Positions 1-9,848 of a stretch of 64,000 nucleotides of DNA are shown here, piece by piece. Location: NCBI GenBank assembly GCA_964633875.1, contig CAZWKL010000001.1:53530-117529 (forward strand), written 5' to 3'. Under the pieces are notes generated by a model. It had not been told where the DNA came from, searched no databases, and was given only the letters and a program-made list of their open reading frames with translations. The stretch is from an uncultured Pseudomonadales bacterium (lineage in GTDB: Bacteria > Patescibacteriota > Microgenomatia > UBA1400 > PJMF01). A program made the position numbers and the translations under genes. Position 1 is the stretch's first letter. Each line of letters opens with the position of its first letter.

Positions 1-1059
1 AATCATGATCCGGATATTTTTAAGACAGAGTTTTTTACGCCGATTATTCAGAAACTCGAAACGGTTAGTGGCGCTCAATATAATCATGATGAGGCTGTAA
101 ACCGCTCGTTTCGGGTGATCGCTGATCACCTGCGGGCAGCAGTAATGCTGGCTGACGATGGTGTTTATCCGGACAACAAAGAGCAAGGCTATTTCTCAAG
201 AAGGCTGGTACGCCGGGCCATTAGGTATGCCAAAATGATTGGTATTACTAAGCCGTTTATTGGTGAACTGGTGGGGATAGTGGCAGAAATTTACCGCGAG
301 CCTTATCCTTCGGTTGTTGCCAATCAAGAAAAAATCAGCGCAATTCTCATTCAGGAAGAATTGAAATTTGAGCGGACTTTAGAAAAAGGTCTGCGGGAAC
401 TGGAAAAAATTGCCAAGCTGGATGGCGAAACGGCTTTTCATCTGTATGAAACTTATGGCTTCCCTTTTGAATTAACTCAAGAAATTGCTGCCGAAAAAGG
501 CCAGCACCTGGAACAAGCTGATTTTGACAAGGCCAAAGCAACGCACGCGGCGGTTTCCAGAACGGCTGCTGCTGGCAAGTTTCGAGGAGGTTTAGCCGAT
601 CAAAGTGAGCAAACCACGCAATTTCATACCGCCACTCATCTTTTGCACGCCGCGCTCAGGCAGGTTTTGGGTCAACATGTGGAGCAAAGAGGCAGCAATA
701 TTACTGAAAAAAGGTTACGTTTTGATTTCACTCACTCGGCGAGCTTGACGGCTGAGGAAAAATCTAAAGTGGAGCAGATGATCAATGATTGGATTAAGGA
801 CGGCTTGCCGGTGGTGCAACAAACTATGAGTAAAGAGGCAGCTTTGAATTCCGGCGCGCTGGCCTTTTTCAGAGAAAAATATGCTGACGAAGTTTCTGTT
901 TTTACCATCGGCAAAGACCGGGACAAGGACTGGATTTCCCGGGAGCTTTGCGGCGGTCCCCATGTGAGTAATACTAATGAGATCACACCGGTGGAAATAT
1001 TTAAAGAGAAATCGGCCGGAGCCGGTATTCGGCGCCTTTACTTGCGCGTCCGCCAATAA
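1..1059 (+). CDS. alaS: Alanine--tRNA ligase, C-terminal part. The gene starts upstream of the window; frame 1 is open from nt 1.
   Basis: The translation from nt 1 is continuous (NHDPDIFKTEFFTP...). The segment RVIADHLRAAVMLADDGVYPDNKEQGYFSRRLVRRAIRY is typical of the AlaRS tRNA-recognition domain. The editing domain is present: HTATHLLHAALRQVLG (HxxxH) and CGGPHV (CGGTH-like). Conserved alaS-ruvX-mltG synteny downstream. Confidence 0.85.
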   Translation, partial: NHDPDIFKTEFFTPIIQKLETVSGAQYNHDEAVNRSFRVIADHLRAAVMLADDGVYPDNKEQGYFSRRLVRRAIRYAKMIGITKPFIGELVGIVAEIYREPYPSVVANQEKISAILIQEELKFERTLEKGLRELEKIAKLDGETAFHLYETYGFPFELTQEIAAEKGQHLEQADFDKAKATHAAVSRTAAAGKFRGGLADQSEQTTQFHTATHLLHAALRQVLGQHVEQRGSNITEKRLRFDFTHSASLTAEEKSKVEQMINDWIKDGLPVVQQTMSKEAALNSGALAFFREKYADEVSVFTIGKDRDKDWISRELCGGPHVSNTNEITPVEIFKEKSAGAGIRRLYLRVRQ

Positions 1060-1120
1060 GATTCTCCAGGCTAACTTAGGCGTTGTACTCAAGAGGCGTT
1101 CTGTATACAATAGAAATGCT

Positions 1121-3448
1121 ATGGACTTGCCCAACCTTTTTTCTGCCTCAAAAACCAGTGAAGTTCCTGAGAAAGTTATTGGTATTTTACTTTCGCAAAC
1201 CAAGGTGCAGGCGCTGCTGCTGAGAATCAGTGAGACTCAGTTGTTGCTGGAAGCCTCTTCAGAGATTATTGAATATACTGACGTGAAAAATTGCGCCATT
1301 CAAACCGATGAAGCCTTGCAACAGCTGGGGCCGGAATCTGAAGCGGTGGATACCGTTGTTTTTGGTTTGGAACACGATTGGGTAGTAAACGGAGAAGTAG
1401 TTGAGCAGCGCCAGCCTCTCTTGAGTAAAATTACGGAAGATTTAGCTCTTAAGCCAGTTGGTTTTATTGATACTTCTGAAGCGCTGATTCAGCACAATCT
1501 GGCTCAAAATAGCCTGTATTCGGGCATTTTCTTGTTGTTGTCGCATACGGCTATGACGGTGAGCTATGTTTCGCAGGGGAATATTAGGGGGGTTGAACAG
1601 GTAGGCCGGTCTGAAAGTATCATTGCTGATTTGAGAGAGGGTTTGGCTAGATTTTCTAAGCAAGTTGAGGACGAGCAGTTTTATTTGCCTGCCAAATTGG
1701 TTTTAGCCTCGTTTGATTTGACTGAAGTTGAGTTAAGTGAAATCCAGCAAAGTTTGTTGGAATTTAACTGGACTGAGCACGCCAGATTTTTACAAATGCC
1801 TACCATTCAGGTGATTACGGATGAGGAGTTTACCTCTGTTGCGGCCATTGAAGCAGCGCGGGCGGCGGCTATCGCTGCCGGTTATTATTCAGCGGCGGCG
1901 GCGGCGGTAAATGGCTCAGTGCTGGCGGCCGAAGCAGCCGCTACCTCCAAAGAAATGGGCTTTTCCGAAATCGCCGCCGCCCCAACTGCCGCCCCCCCCG
2001 AATCAACCTCACCGCTGCCCGTAGAAACAGCAATTGCCGGTTCAGAAGAACCAGACCTATCTCAGTCTGCTGATCTGGAAACGGCGATAGCGCCAGTGGC
2101 AACCTCGTTTGGCGTCCCTATCTCTTCGGACAAAATCAGCGCCGGTGGCAAAACTCTCGAACAATTAGATCAAGAAGCAGAAGCCAAAAACCCCAGTAAA
2201 GTCGCCGACGACACCACTCAGGCAGGTTTCTTTGCCAATCTTAGAGCCAGATGGAACGAACCATACAAGGGCAAGCGCAGTTTGAAATTTTTTATCCTCA
2301 TCGGTTTTACTAGTGGATTATTGGTTATTGCTCTGGTTCTCGCGGCTATAATTTCCTTTTCTGCTCAAGCTGTGGTTGAACTAGAATATAATCTTTTGCC
2401 GGTGATCAAAAATGCCACCATCACTATTGATCCCGATGCCAACACTCCAGACTCAGAAAGACTCATTCTTCCAGGCAAAGCGGTCACTAGGGCTGTTTCC
2501 GGTCAAGAAACAGCCGCTTCTACCGGTACTGCTATTGTTGGCGATAAAGCCAAAGGCACCATTACCATCTACAACAAAACCGCTGCCAGGAAAGTTTTTA
2601 ACAAAGGAACAGTTTTTTCTTCAGGAGAACTGGACTTTACCTTAGATGAAGAAGTGTCAGTAGCTTCTGCCAGTGTTAAGGAGAAACAAGGCGGTAATGA
2701 GACTGAATATGGCAAAGCTGATGCTTCAGTTACCGCTGTTGAGATTGGTGATCAATACAACCTTGATGAAAAAACCGAACTTGCCGTCGATAATTTTGCC
2801 ACAGATACCTACTCTGCCGTGATAGCCAAAGGCGGTTTTATCGGCGGCGCCAGCCGAGAGGTTCAAGTTGTTTCTGCCAATGACTTGGCAAATTTGCAGG
2901 AAGGTTTACGCGCCAAATTACTTGCCCAAGCCAATGAAGAATTTAAAGCAGAATACCACAATGGCGTCCATGTTTTTCCGACAACCAAAATTGTAGATGA
3001 GCAAGCCGAATTTGATGCAGAAGAAACCGACGAAGTAACCAGTTTCTCGCTAACGCTCACCATTACCGCAGAAGCTCTTACTTACAATACCGATGACGCC
3101 CGAATTTTAGCAGCTCAAGTCTTGGCTTCGGAAATACCCGATAACTACGAACTTTCAAACCAAGAACCTCGAGTGATGAGTGATGAAGTTGAAAACAAGG
3201 ATGAGGGCAACAGCTCAATTATCCAACTCAATGCCCAATTTGAAGCCTATGCCCATCCCATTATTGACGAAGCAGCAGTCAAAGAAACCTTGGCAGGCAA
3301 GAAATTAGCTGAAGCTAAAGCCTCCTTTACGCACAATGATGAAGTCAAAAGCGTGGAATTTTACTGGCGGCCCACTTTTGCCTCCATGCTCCGCCAATCT
3401 TTACCCAGTCAGGAAAAAATCACCATCACCGTTAAGACTAAAGAGTAA
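1121..3448 (+). CDS. Membrane protein with a degenerate actin-like (FtsA/PilM-like ASKHA) cytoplasmic domain, an Ala/Pro-rich linker, one TM helix and a large beta-rich extracytoplasmic domain. Function unknown.
   Basis: The ORF track starts at 977 inside alaS; the first ATG after the alaS stop is at 1121 (MDLPNLF...). N-terminal 'KVIGILLSQTKVQALLL' and '...IFLLLSHTAMTVSYVSQGNI' resemble the phosphate-1/phosphate-2 segments of FtsA/PilM, but the DIG motif is lost. The TM helix is FFILIGFTSGLLVIALVLAAIISF (~aa 430). The C-terminal ~380 aa are rich in T/K/V/D beta-strand-like repeats. The stop overlaps the sortase start (TAAAAATG). Confidence 0.4.
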   Translation: MDLPNLFSASKTSEVPEKVIGILLSQTKVQALLLRISETQLLLEASSEIIEYTDVKNCAIQTDEALQQLGPESEAVDTVVFGLEHDWVVNGEVVEQRQPLLSKITEDLALKPVGFIDTSEALIQHNLAQNSLYSGIFLLLSHTAMTVSYVSQGNIRGVEQVGRSESIIADLREGLARFSKQVEDEQFYLPAKLVLASFDLTEVELSEIQQSLLEFNWTEHARFLQMPTIQVITDEEFTSVAAIEAARAAAIAAGYYSAAAAAVNGSVLAAEAAATSKEMGFSEIAAAPTAAPPESTSPLPVETAIAGSEEPDLSQSADLETAIAPVATSFGVPISSDKISAGGKTLEQLDQEAEAKNPSKVADDTTQAGFFANLRARWNEPYKGKRSLKFFILIGFTSGLLVIALVLAAIISFSAQAVVELEYNLLPVIKNATITIDPDANTPDSERLILPGKAVTRAVSGQETAASTGTAIVGDKAKGTITIYNKTAARKVFNKGTVFSSGELDFTLDEEVSVASASVKEKQGGNETEYGKADASVTAVEIGDQYNLDEKTELAVDNFATDTYSAVIAKGGFIGGASREVQVVSANDLANLQEGLRAKLLAQANEEFKAEYHNGVHVFPTTKIVDEQAEFDAEETDEVTSFSLTLTITAEALTYNTDDARILAAQVLASEIPDNYELSNQEPRVMSDEVENKDEGNSSIIQLNAQFEAYAHPIIDEAAVKETLAGKKLAEAKASFTHNDEVKSVEFYWRPTFASMLRQSLPSQEKITITVKTKE

Positions 3449-3450
3449 AA

Positions 3451-4410
3451 ATGATTTTACAGGACAGCCGAATTCCATTAGAAATGCAGGGTCAGCTCAT
3501 TGATCTTTATCGTCGTGCCCTGGAACAAGGTATGCCAATTGACGAGTTGGAGGAAAAAATTGCCAGATATCTTAAGCGTTTCAAGGTCACGGAAGTATAT
3601 GAATCTCTCGAGGTAAAAAACAGGGAAGAAAGACTTAAAAGACAAGTCCCCAAAGCTATAAAATACGGGGCGATTATCTTGCCATTGTTGTTCTTAAGCG
3701 TTGGTCTTTATCTGGTTGGATCGGCAGTGGTACCAATTCTAACTTATTACGTCAAGTCTGATTTGAGCTCATCGGAAACTCTATCGCTCAGGTCGCCAAT
3801 ACCGCGGGAAGAAGTCATTAACTCGGTTCCGACGCTCATCTCTCCCGTGGTTACTCAGGTAGTTGAAGCCAGTGAAATTGCCGCGCCCACCATCATCAAC
3901 GAACAGCTTGATTTTACCAATCTTAATAATTGGTTTAATGTCGATGCTTTGCCTGAATTAGCCGGTCAAAATGCAGAGGAAGAATATTACACACTCGATA
4001 TACCTTCGCTGGAAATCCAGAATGCTCAAGTAGCTATAGGTGGCACTGATTTGAATAAGAGCTTAATTCAGTATCCGGGCACGGCTGATCCTGGCCAGGT
4101 TGGTTCTCCGGTGATTTTTGGTCATTCCGTTTTGCGTCAATTCTACAACCCGAGCGAAAAAAATCCACAGCGCTACAACTCAATTTTCAGCTACATTATG
4201 ACCATGAAGCCGGGGGATAAAATTTACCTTACTCATGGTGAAACTAAATATACCTACGTAGTCAGGGAAAAATTGGAAATCAAGCCTGAGGATGTTCACG
4301 TTCTTAATCAGGATTTTGGTAGCAAAACTCTCAAGCTCATTACTTGTGTCCCGGAAGGCACCTACCTACGGCGGGGTGTAGTAGTGGCAGAATTAGTAGA
4401 ACAAGGCTAG
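3451..4410 (+). CDS. Sortase-family transpeptidase (membrane-anchored)
   Basis: Catalytic TLxTC motif (KLITCVPEGTYLRRGVVVAEL, with the conserved Arg downstream) and IFGHS histidine motif. N-terminal cytoplasmic region plus TM helix (AIILPLLFLSVGLYLVGSAVVPIL). Translationally coupled to the upstream gene. Confidence 0.75.
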   Translation: MILQDSRIPLEMQGQLIDLYRRALEQGMPIDELEEKIARYLKRFKVTEVYESLEVKNREERLKRQVPKAIKYGAIILPLLFLSVGLYLVGSAVVPILTYYVKSDLSSSETLSLRSPIPREEVINSVPTLISPVVTQVVEASEIAAPTIINEQLDFTNLNNWFNVDALPELAGQNAEEEYYTLDIPSLEIQNAQVAIGGTDLNKSLIQYPGTADPGQVGSPVIFGHSVLRQFYNPSEKNPQRYNSIFSYIMTMKPGDKIYLTHGETKYTYVVREKLEIKPEDVHVLNQDFGSKTLKLITCVPEGTYLRRGVVVAELVEQG

Positions 4411-4428
4411 CTGCGGTACAATATTTCT

Positions 4429-4818
4429 ATGTCTGTGTATCTTGCTGTTGATTACGGCACCAAAAGAGTGGGTTTGGCAATTGCCCGTGCGGGTTTAGCA
4501 GAACCATTAGTGATTCTCGATAATTCACCCGAATTGCTCAACCAAATTCAGCAAATTATTGAGGCAGAACAACCCCAGCAGCTGATTGTTGGTCTTTCGG
4601 AGCAAAAAATGGCTGAATTAACAAAAGCATTTGCCCGCGAGCTGGCCGCCAAGACAAAGCTTCCAATCATTTTTGCTGACGAAACTTTGAGTTCTCAGAC
4701 GGTCAGAGAAAAAATTAAAACCAGCAAGAAAAAAGTTCGCACTGGTCATATTGATCATTTCTCAGCAGCCTATTTTCTTCAAGAGTGGCTTGATACTCAC
4801 CAGTCAACTGCTCGCTGA
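4429..4818 (+). CDS. ruvX: Putative pre-16S rRNA nuclease / Holliday-junction resolvase-like YqgF
   Basis: N-terminus MSVYLAVDYGTKRVGLAIA matches the RuvX/YqgF RNase H-fold signature (LGxDxGxKRIGxA). Size 129 aa. Conserved position between alaS and mltG. Confidence 0.8.
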   Translation: MSVYLAVDYGTKRVGLAIARAGLAEPLVILDNSPELLNQIQQIIEAEQPQQLIVGLSEQKMAELTKAFARELAAKTKLPIIFADETLSSQTVREKIKTSKKKVRTGHIDHFSAAYFLQEWLDTHQSTAR

Positions 4819-4844
4819 AAAACTCTTACAATAATGCAAAAAAG

Positions 4845-5099
4845 TTGCGTTATAATAGAATCAAGGTGAAACGCCCGATCATTGCCAGCATCTTGATATG
4901 CTTCATCTTTGCAGCAATTGTCTTTTATGCGGGCTCTCACATCAATTTCCGAGGTGAGCGAAAACCAAGTTCTTATTCAACTGAACTGGCAATTTCTCCT
5001 TCACCATCTTTCGAGGAAAATATTGAGGGGAATATTGCGGAAGCTACAGCGTCAACTCAGTCTTCTTGCGAAAATTTAGCTACTGGCAAAGACTTTTGA
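4845..5099 (+). CDS. Small hypothetical membrane protein (84 aa)
   Basis: Single hydrophobic helix (IIASILICFIFAAIVFYAG). No recognisable family. Real-gene status is uncertain. Confidence 0.25.
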   Translation: MRYNRIKVKRPIIASILICFIFAAIVFYAGSHINFRGERKPSSYSTELAISPSPSFEENIEGNIAEATASTQSSCENLATGKDF

Positions 5100-5121
5100 C
5101 CACCTGCTATACTGATTCCCC

Positions 5122-6111
5122 ATGAGAAAACCGGGGTTAATACCAAAAATTATTTTAGGTTTGGCGGCGTTAATAATTTTGTCAGGGCTTGGTTTGGGAG
5201 TTTACGCCTACCAGCAACTTCAACCGGTAGATCCGAACAATCAAAATGAAGTCAGGTTTGTCATTGCTCCTGGGTCGGGGGTACAAAAAATTGCCAACGA
5301 CTTAAAAAGTTCAGAATTAATCAATCACCCTTTCATTTTTCGGGCCTACGTTACCCTCACTGGCTTAGATAAAAAACTTCAGGCAGGCTCGTTCGAACTT
5401 TCTTCAAGCTTAACTACAGCTGAAATTGCCACCACCCTAACACAAGGTACTCAAGACACCTGGATCAGATTACTTGAAGGCTGGAGAAGGGAAGAAATGG
5501 CTGAGTATTTAGAGCAGCAGGAACTGAACGAATTCTCCAAAGCAGAATTTCTAACCTTGACTGCTACTGCCGAAGGCAAGCTTTACCCTGATACTTATTT
5601 GGTGCCGAAGGACATCACTACTTCTGCATTGGTGAACTTGCTCCTGCGCACTTTTGAACAAAAAGTAGTTGTTGGTTTGGCTGATGAGTTAACCGCATCG
5701 GGCAGAACCTTGCATGAAATCTTGGTTATGGCCTCTCTAATTGAAAGAGAAGCCAGGAGTTTTGAGCAGATGAGACATGTTTCCGGAATTTTGTGGAACA
5801 GAATTGGTATTGGCATGCCTCTCCAGGTGGACGCAACGTTACAATACGCGGTTGGTTATGATGGGGCCAGGCGTTCTTGGTGGCCCCCTCCCTTGGCGGC
5901 TCACAAATCGGCCGCTTCCCCTTACAACACCTACGCCAATCCCGGTCTTCCGCCTGGCCCAATCGCCAATCCAGGCCTGAACGCTTTCAAAGCAGCACTT
6001 GACCCACTTCGGGTTAATGATTTATTCTATTTGCACGCATCCGATGGAAGGATGTATTATGCAGAGACATTAGAAGCACACAACGCGAATGTGAATACAT
6101 ACTTGCGCTAG
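5122..6111 (+). CDS. mltG: Endolytic murein transglycosylase MltG/YceG
   Basis: N-terminal TM anchor, YceG-like core (LQVDATLQYA...) and C-terminal PYNTYANPGLPPGPIANPG...YFYL motif typical of the MltG/YceG family. Conserved alaS-ruvX-mltG neighbourhood. Confidence 0.75.
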   Translation: MRKPGLIPKIILGLAALIILSGLGLGVYAYQQLQPVDPNNQNEVRFVIAPGSGVQKIANDLKSSELINHPFIFRAYVTLTGLDKKLQAGSFELSSSLTTAEIATTLTQGTQDTWIRLLEGWRREEMAEYLEQQELNEFSKAEFLTLTATAEGKLYPDTYLVPKDITTSALVNLLLRTFEQKVVVGLADELTASGRTLHEILVMASLIEREARSFEQMRHVSGILWNRIGIGMPLQVDATLQYAVGYDGARRSWWPPPLAAHKSAASPYNTYANPGLPPGPIANPGLNAFKAALDPLRVNDLFYLHASDGRMYYAETLEAHNANVNTYLR

Positions 6112-6331
6112 TGTTTTGTTGCTGTTATAATTTGTTCTTCACAATAGCAATTTAAATAGTGGGGTTAGTTTCTTGCATACAACCAGACGGGTTTCAGCCA
6201 GTCTTAAACTTTAATTTAGGAGAGAACATACGTCCTGTGTGTGCTCCATTTTTTTGTGTTTTGCAACACCATCTAGCTGGTTAGCTAGCCCACCGACCAG
6301 TACGCAATAAAAGTAGAAGGAGATCAGACCT

Positions 6332-9300
6332 ATGTCAGCTAATCAACGACAGAATTGGGGCCAAAAGCATGATATTTTACCGGAACTTGATCTAGTCAAA
6401 CTGCAAAAAGATAGCTACCGGGAATTTATTGAATTAGGCATTCGCGACTCTCTCGACGTGGTTAATGGCGAAAATGGCATTGAAGATTACACTGGCAAGA
6501 ACTGGGCATTGCGTTTTGGTGAGTACCGTTTTGGCAAGTCCAAATACAATGCTACGGAAGCAAAGAAAAAGGGCGTGACTTATGATGTCCCCCTGTATGT
6601 TGAAGCTACTTTGTTCAATAAAAAAACCGGCGAAGAACAAACTCAAGAAGTTTTCCTGGGCGATTTGCCCAAGATGACCCCTATCGGCACTTTTATTGTC
6701 AATGGCATTGAAAGAGCGGTGGTGACTCAGCTAGTTCGTTCTCCGGGCGTTTTCTTTTCCGGCGCTACTGATTCGGCTACCGGCCGTGAGCTTTTCCAGG
6801 CGGAACTGCGACCCAAGCGAGGCTCATGGCTAGAAATTTCTGTGGGCAAAAAGGACGTCATTACCGTTAAAATTGATCGCCGCCGCAAGATGCCCATCAC
6901 TGTTTTGCTTAGAGCCATGGGTTACAGCAGCAACGAAGAAATTCAAGAACTTTTTAAAGAAGAAATTCAACTTGATGAGTTTAATTTACTGACTAGCACC
7001 CTGGAAAAAGATACCACTGCCTCGAGAGAAGAGGCCTTGATTGAGCTTTATGAAAAGATGCGCCCCGGCGAGCCGGCAGTCTTAGATACTGCTACTGATT
7101 ATCTTAAACAGCTTTTCTTTGATCCTAAGCGTTACGACTTGGGCAAAGTGGGTCGCTACAAGCTCAACCGGCGCCTGAAGCAAGATCACGTTGATCTGGA
7201 GAAAACGGTGCTTGATAAAGAAGACCTGGTAGGCGCCATCAAATACTTGATTAGATTGCAAAATGGCCAAGGTAAAGTTGATGATATTGATCACCTAAGC
7301 AACCGCCGTGTTCGCCAAATTGGTGAGCTGGTTAAGGAGTCAGCTTTCCGGATTGGCCTGATCCGTTTAGAGCGCTCTATCCGCGAAAAGATGTCCTTAA
7401 CTAAGACTGACGAAGTCCTTACTCCCGCTGCCCTCGTCAATGCCCGCCCGCTGATCGCTACGATTTCAGAATTTTTCCGTCGCAACCGCCTTTCCACCAT
7501 TTTAGACCAAACCAATCCACTGGCAGAAATTGATAACCTGCGCCGGCTTTCCGTCATGGGCACGGGTGGTGTGACCAGAGAGCGCGCCTCATTTTCCATG
7601 CGTGACATTAACGCCTCCCAATATTCTCGTATCGACCCGGTTCGTTCGCCTGAAGGACCAAATATCGGCTTGGTGACTTATCTGGCCTTATATGCTCATG
7701 TTAATAAATTTGGTTTTCTTGAAGCGCCCTACCTCCAAGTTGCCAACAAAAAAGGCAAGATGGTAGTTTCTGACCAGGTAGTTTATCTGTCAGCAGACGA
7801 TGAAGAGGACCACAAAATTACTCACGCCAGCATCAGCATCAACGCCAAAAGGCAAATCGAAGATGAATGGGTGCCAATGCGCTTTATGAATGAGTTTATT
7901 GAAGGTCCGGTTGAAGACGTTGAGTATATTGATGTGGTTCCACGTCAAGTGATTGGTACTTCAGCTTCACTCATTCCGTTTATCGCTCATGACGAAGCCA
8001 ACCGTGCCCTGATGGGTACTCACATGCAATGTCAAGCTGTGCCATTGGTGATGCCGCAAGCGCCGATTGTTGGCACTGGTATGGAAGCGGCAGTAGCGGC
8101 TTCAATGGGTAGAACTGTGCAGGCCAAACACTCGGGCAAAGTGGTTTACGTAGATGCCACCAGAATTGAAATTGAACTCAACAAGACTGAGCTAAAAAAA
8201 GCCGAAAAAGATGCCGCCGAAAACTTTTTTGAAGAAAATGAACAAATTGAAGTTGTTGGCGACAGGGAAATTTATCATTTAAGCAAGTTTGCCCGCACTT
8301 CCCAAAGCATGTCTTATTCGCAAAAACCAATTGTGGTTTTAGGCGATACGGTCAAGGCAGGAGATGTTATTATTGACGGCCCCTCTTCCGATCAGGGCGA
8401 GCTGGCTCTGGGCGCTAACCTGGTTATTGCTTACGCCTCTTTCGAAGGACTGGGTTACGAAGACGCGATCGTGATTTCTGACAGATTGGTCAAGCAGGAT
8501 ATTTTAACCTCTATTCAAATTAACGAACACAAAGCCAAAGTCATGGACACCAAACTTGGCCCGGAGGAACTAACCAATGATATTCCCAATGTTTCTGAAA
8601 CTTACCTTAGCAACCTCACGGCAGACGGCATTATTAGGGTAGGATCGGTGGTTAGCGAAGGCGATATTTTGGTAGGTAAAATCGCTCCTAAGGGCGACAC
8701 CGAACTCACGCCCGAAGAAAGACTCTTGAGGGCAATTTTTGGAGAAAAATCCAGGGAAGTGCGTGACACTTCACTGCGGTTGCCTCACGGTGAAAAAGGG
8801 GTGGTAATTGATGTCCAGGTTTTAGATGCTGATCTGGGTGATGAGCTTGACCCGGGCACGATGCAGGAAGTGATTGTCAAAGTAGCGGAAATCCGCAAAA
8901 TCACTGTTGGCGACAAGCTGGCAGGCCGCCATGGCAACAAAGGAGTGATTTCCAAAATTGTTCCCGAGGCTGATATGCCTCATCTCGAGGATGGTATGCC
9001 GGTAGACATTGTTATTTCACCACTTTCGGTTTTGGCCCGGATGAACTTAGGTCAGTTGTTGGAGGCTCATGTGGGCTGGGCAGCTGAAAAACTTGGCTAT
9101 AAAGTTTCCGTCCCTGCTTTTGAAAAATTCAATGAACAGAAAATTTGGGACGAACTGGCCAGGGCTGGTTTGCCTGCTTCAGGCAAAGCCCAACTCATTG
9201 ATGGTAGAACCGGCGAACCATTTGCCGAAGACACCACTGTTGGTATTGGTTATATTCTTAAACTTTCGCACATGGTGGAAGACAAGATGCACGCCCGTTC

Positions 9301-9829
9301 AACTGGTCCGTATTCATTGGTGACTCAGCAGCCTCTGGGCGGTAAAGCCCAGATGGGTGGACAGCGCCTGGGAGAAATGGAAGTTTGGGCGCTTGAAGCT
9401 CACCGCGCCGCTCACACTCTCCAGGAAATGCTGACCATCAAGTCTGATGACGTCACTGGTCGCTCCAAAGCCTTTGAAGCTATTGTTAAGGGTACGGAAA
9501 TTCCGGCTCCCACTGTTCCGGAATCTTTCAAGGTTTTAATGCGCGAACTCAACTCGCTGGGTATAGACATTATCCCTCATGAAGCTCAAGAAATAGAGGA
9601 AGAAGTGGTGGCTGCTGCTGGTGATATTCCTGTCATCGCTGATCCGGCTGCTTTAGCCGCCGCTGCAACCACTGCCACTCCAGTTGCAACCGACGACAAC
9701 ACTCCGGTGGATGAAGACACTGAGGCGGATTTACTCGAGGAATTTGAAGAAGTAGAAGTGGTGGACGAAAACAGAGAACCCACCGACGAAGAAATAGCCT
9801 CTACGGAAGTTGAGGAGGACGAGGATTAA
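6332..9829 (+). CDS. rpoB: DNA-directed RNA polymerase subunit beta, with an unusual ~80-aa acidic C-terminal tail
   Basis: 1165 aa. Hallmark rpoB blocks are present (e.g. GRHGNKGVISKI, NLGQLLE, catalytic-region motifs). RBS GAAGGAG 10 nt upstream of the ATG. Confidence 0.97.
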   Translation: MSANQRQNWGQKHDILPELDLVKLQKDSYREFIELGIRDSLDVVNGENGIEDYTGKNWALRFGEYRFGKSKYNATEAKKKGVTYDVPLYVEATLFNKKTGEEQTQEVFLGDLPKMTPIGTFIVNGIERAVVTQLVRSPGVFFSGATDSATGRELFQAELRPKRGSWLEISVGKKDVITVKIDRRRKMPITVLLRAMGYSSNEEIQELFKEEIQLDEFNLLTSTLEKDTTASREEALIELYEKMRPGEPAVLDTATDYLKQLFFDPKRYDLGKVGRYKLNRRLKQDHVDLEKTVLDKEDLVGAIKYLIRLQNGQGKVDDIDHLSNRRVRQIGELVKESAFRIGLIRLERSIREKMSLTKTDEVLTPAALVNARPLIATISEFFRRNRLSTILDQTNPLAEIDNLRRLSVMGTGGVTRERASFSMRDINASQYSRIDPVRSPEGPNIGLVTYLALYAHVNKFGFLEAPYLQVANKKGKMVVSDQVVYLSADDEEDHKITHASISINAKRQIEDEWVPMRFMNEFIEGPVEDVEYIDVVPRQVIGTSASLIPFIAHDEANRALMGTHMQCQAVPLVMPQAPIVGTGMEAAVAASMGRTVQAKHSGKVVYVDATRIEIELNKTELKKAEKDAAENFFEENEQIEVVGDREIYHLSKFARTSQSMSYSQKPIVVLGDTVKAGDVIIDGPSSDQGELALGANLVIAYASFEGLGYEDAIVISDRLVKQDILTSIQINEHKAKVMDTKLGPEELTNDIPNVSETYLSNLTADGIIRVGSVVSEGDILVGKIAPKGDTELTPEERLLRAIFGEKSREVRDTSLRLPHGEKGVVIDVQVLDADLGDELDPGTMQEVIVKVAEIRKITVGDKLAGRHGNKGVISKIVPEADMPHLEDGMPVDIVISPLSVLARMNLGQLLEAHVGWAAEKLGYKVSVPAFEKFNEQKIWDELARAGLPASGKAQLIDGRTGEPFAEDTTVGIGYILKLSHMVEDKMHARSTGPYSLVTQQPLGGKAQMGGQRLGEMEVWALEAHRAAHTLQEMLTIKSDDVTGRSKAFEAIVKGTEIPAPTVPESFKVLMRELNSLGIDIIPHEAQEIEEEVVAAAGDIPVIADPAALAAAATTATPVATDDNTPVDEDTEADLLEEFEEVEVVDENREPTDEEIASTEVEEDED

Positions 9830-9848
9830 AGATTAAAGGAGCGCCAAT

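Noticed and set aside
977-1120. Upstream extension of the 823-aa ORF overlapping the alaS 3' end
   Set aside because: It would require an 83-nt overlap with alaS in another frame. The first ATG downstream of the alaS stop (1121) gives a sensible start, so the extension was trimmed.
6112-6331. Possible tRNA or structured ncRNA in the 220-nt rpoB leader, and in other larger intergenic gaps (16768..16902, 18100..18275, 51295..51387, 49927..50022)
   Set aside because: Read by eye for cloverleaf-compatible stems, GTTC/TPsiC-loop-like motifs and CCA ends. None found. The regions are AT-rich with promoter-like hexamers only. No rRNA-like sequence anywhere.
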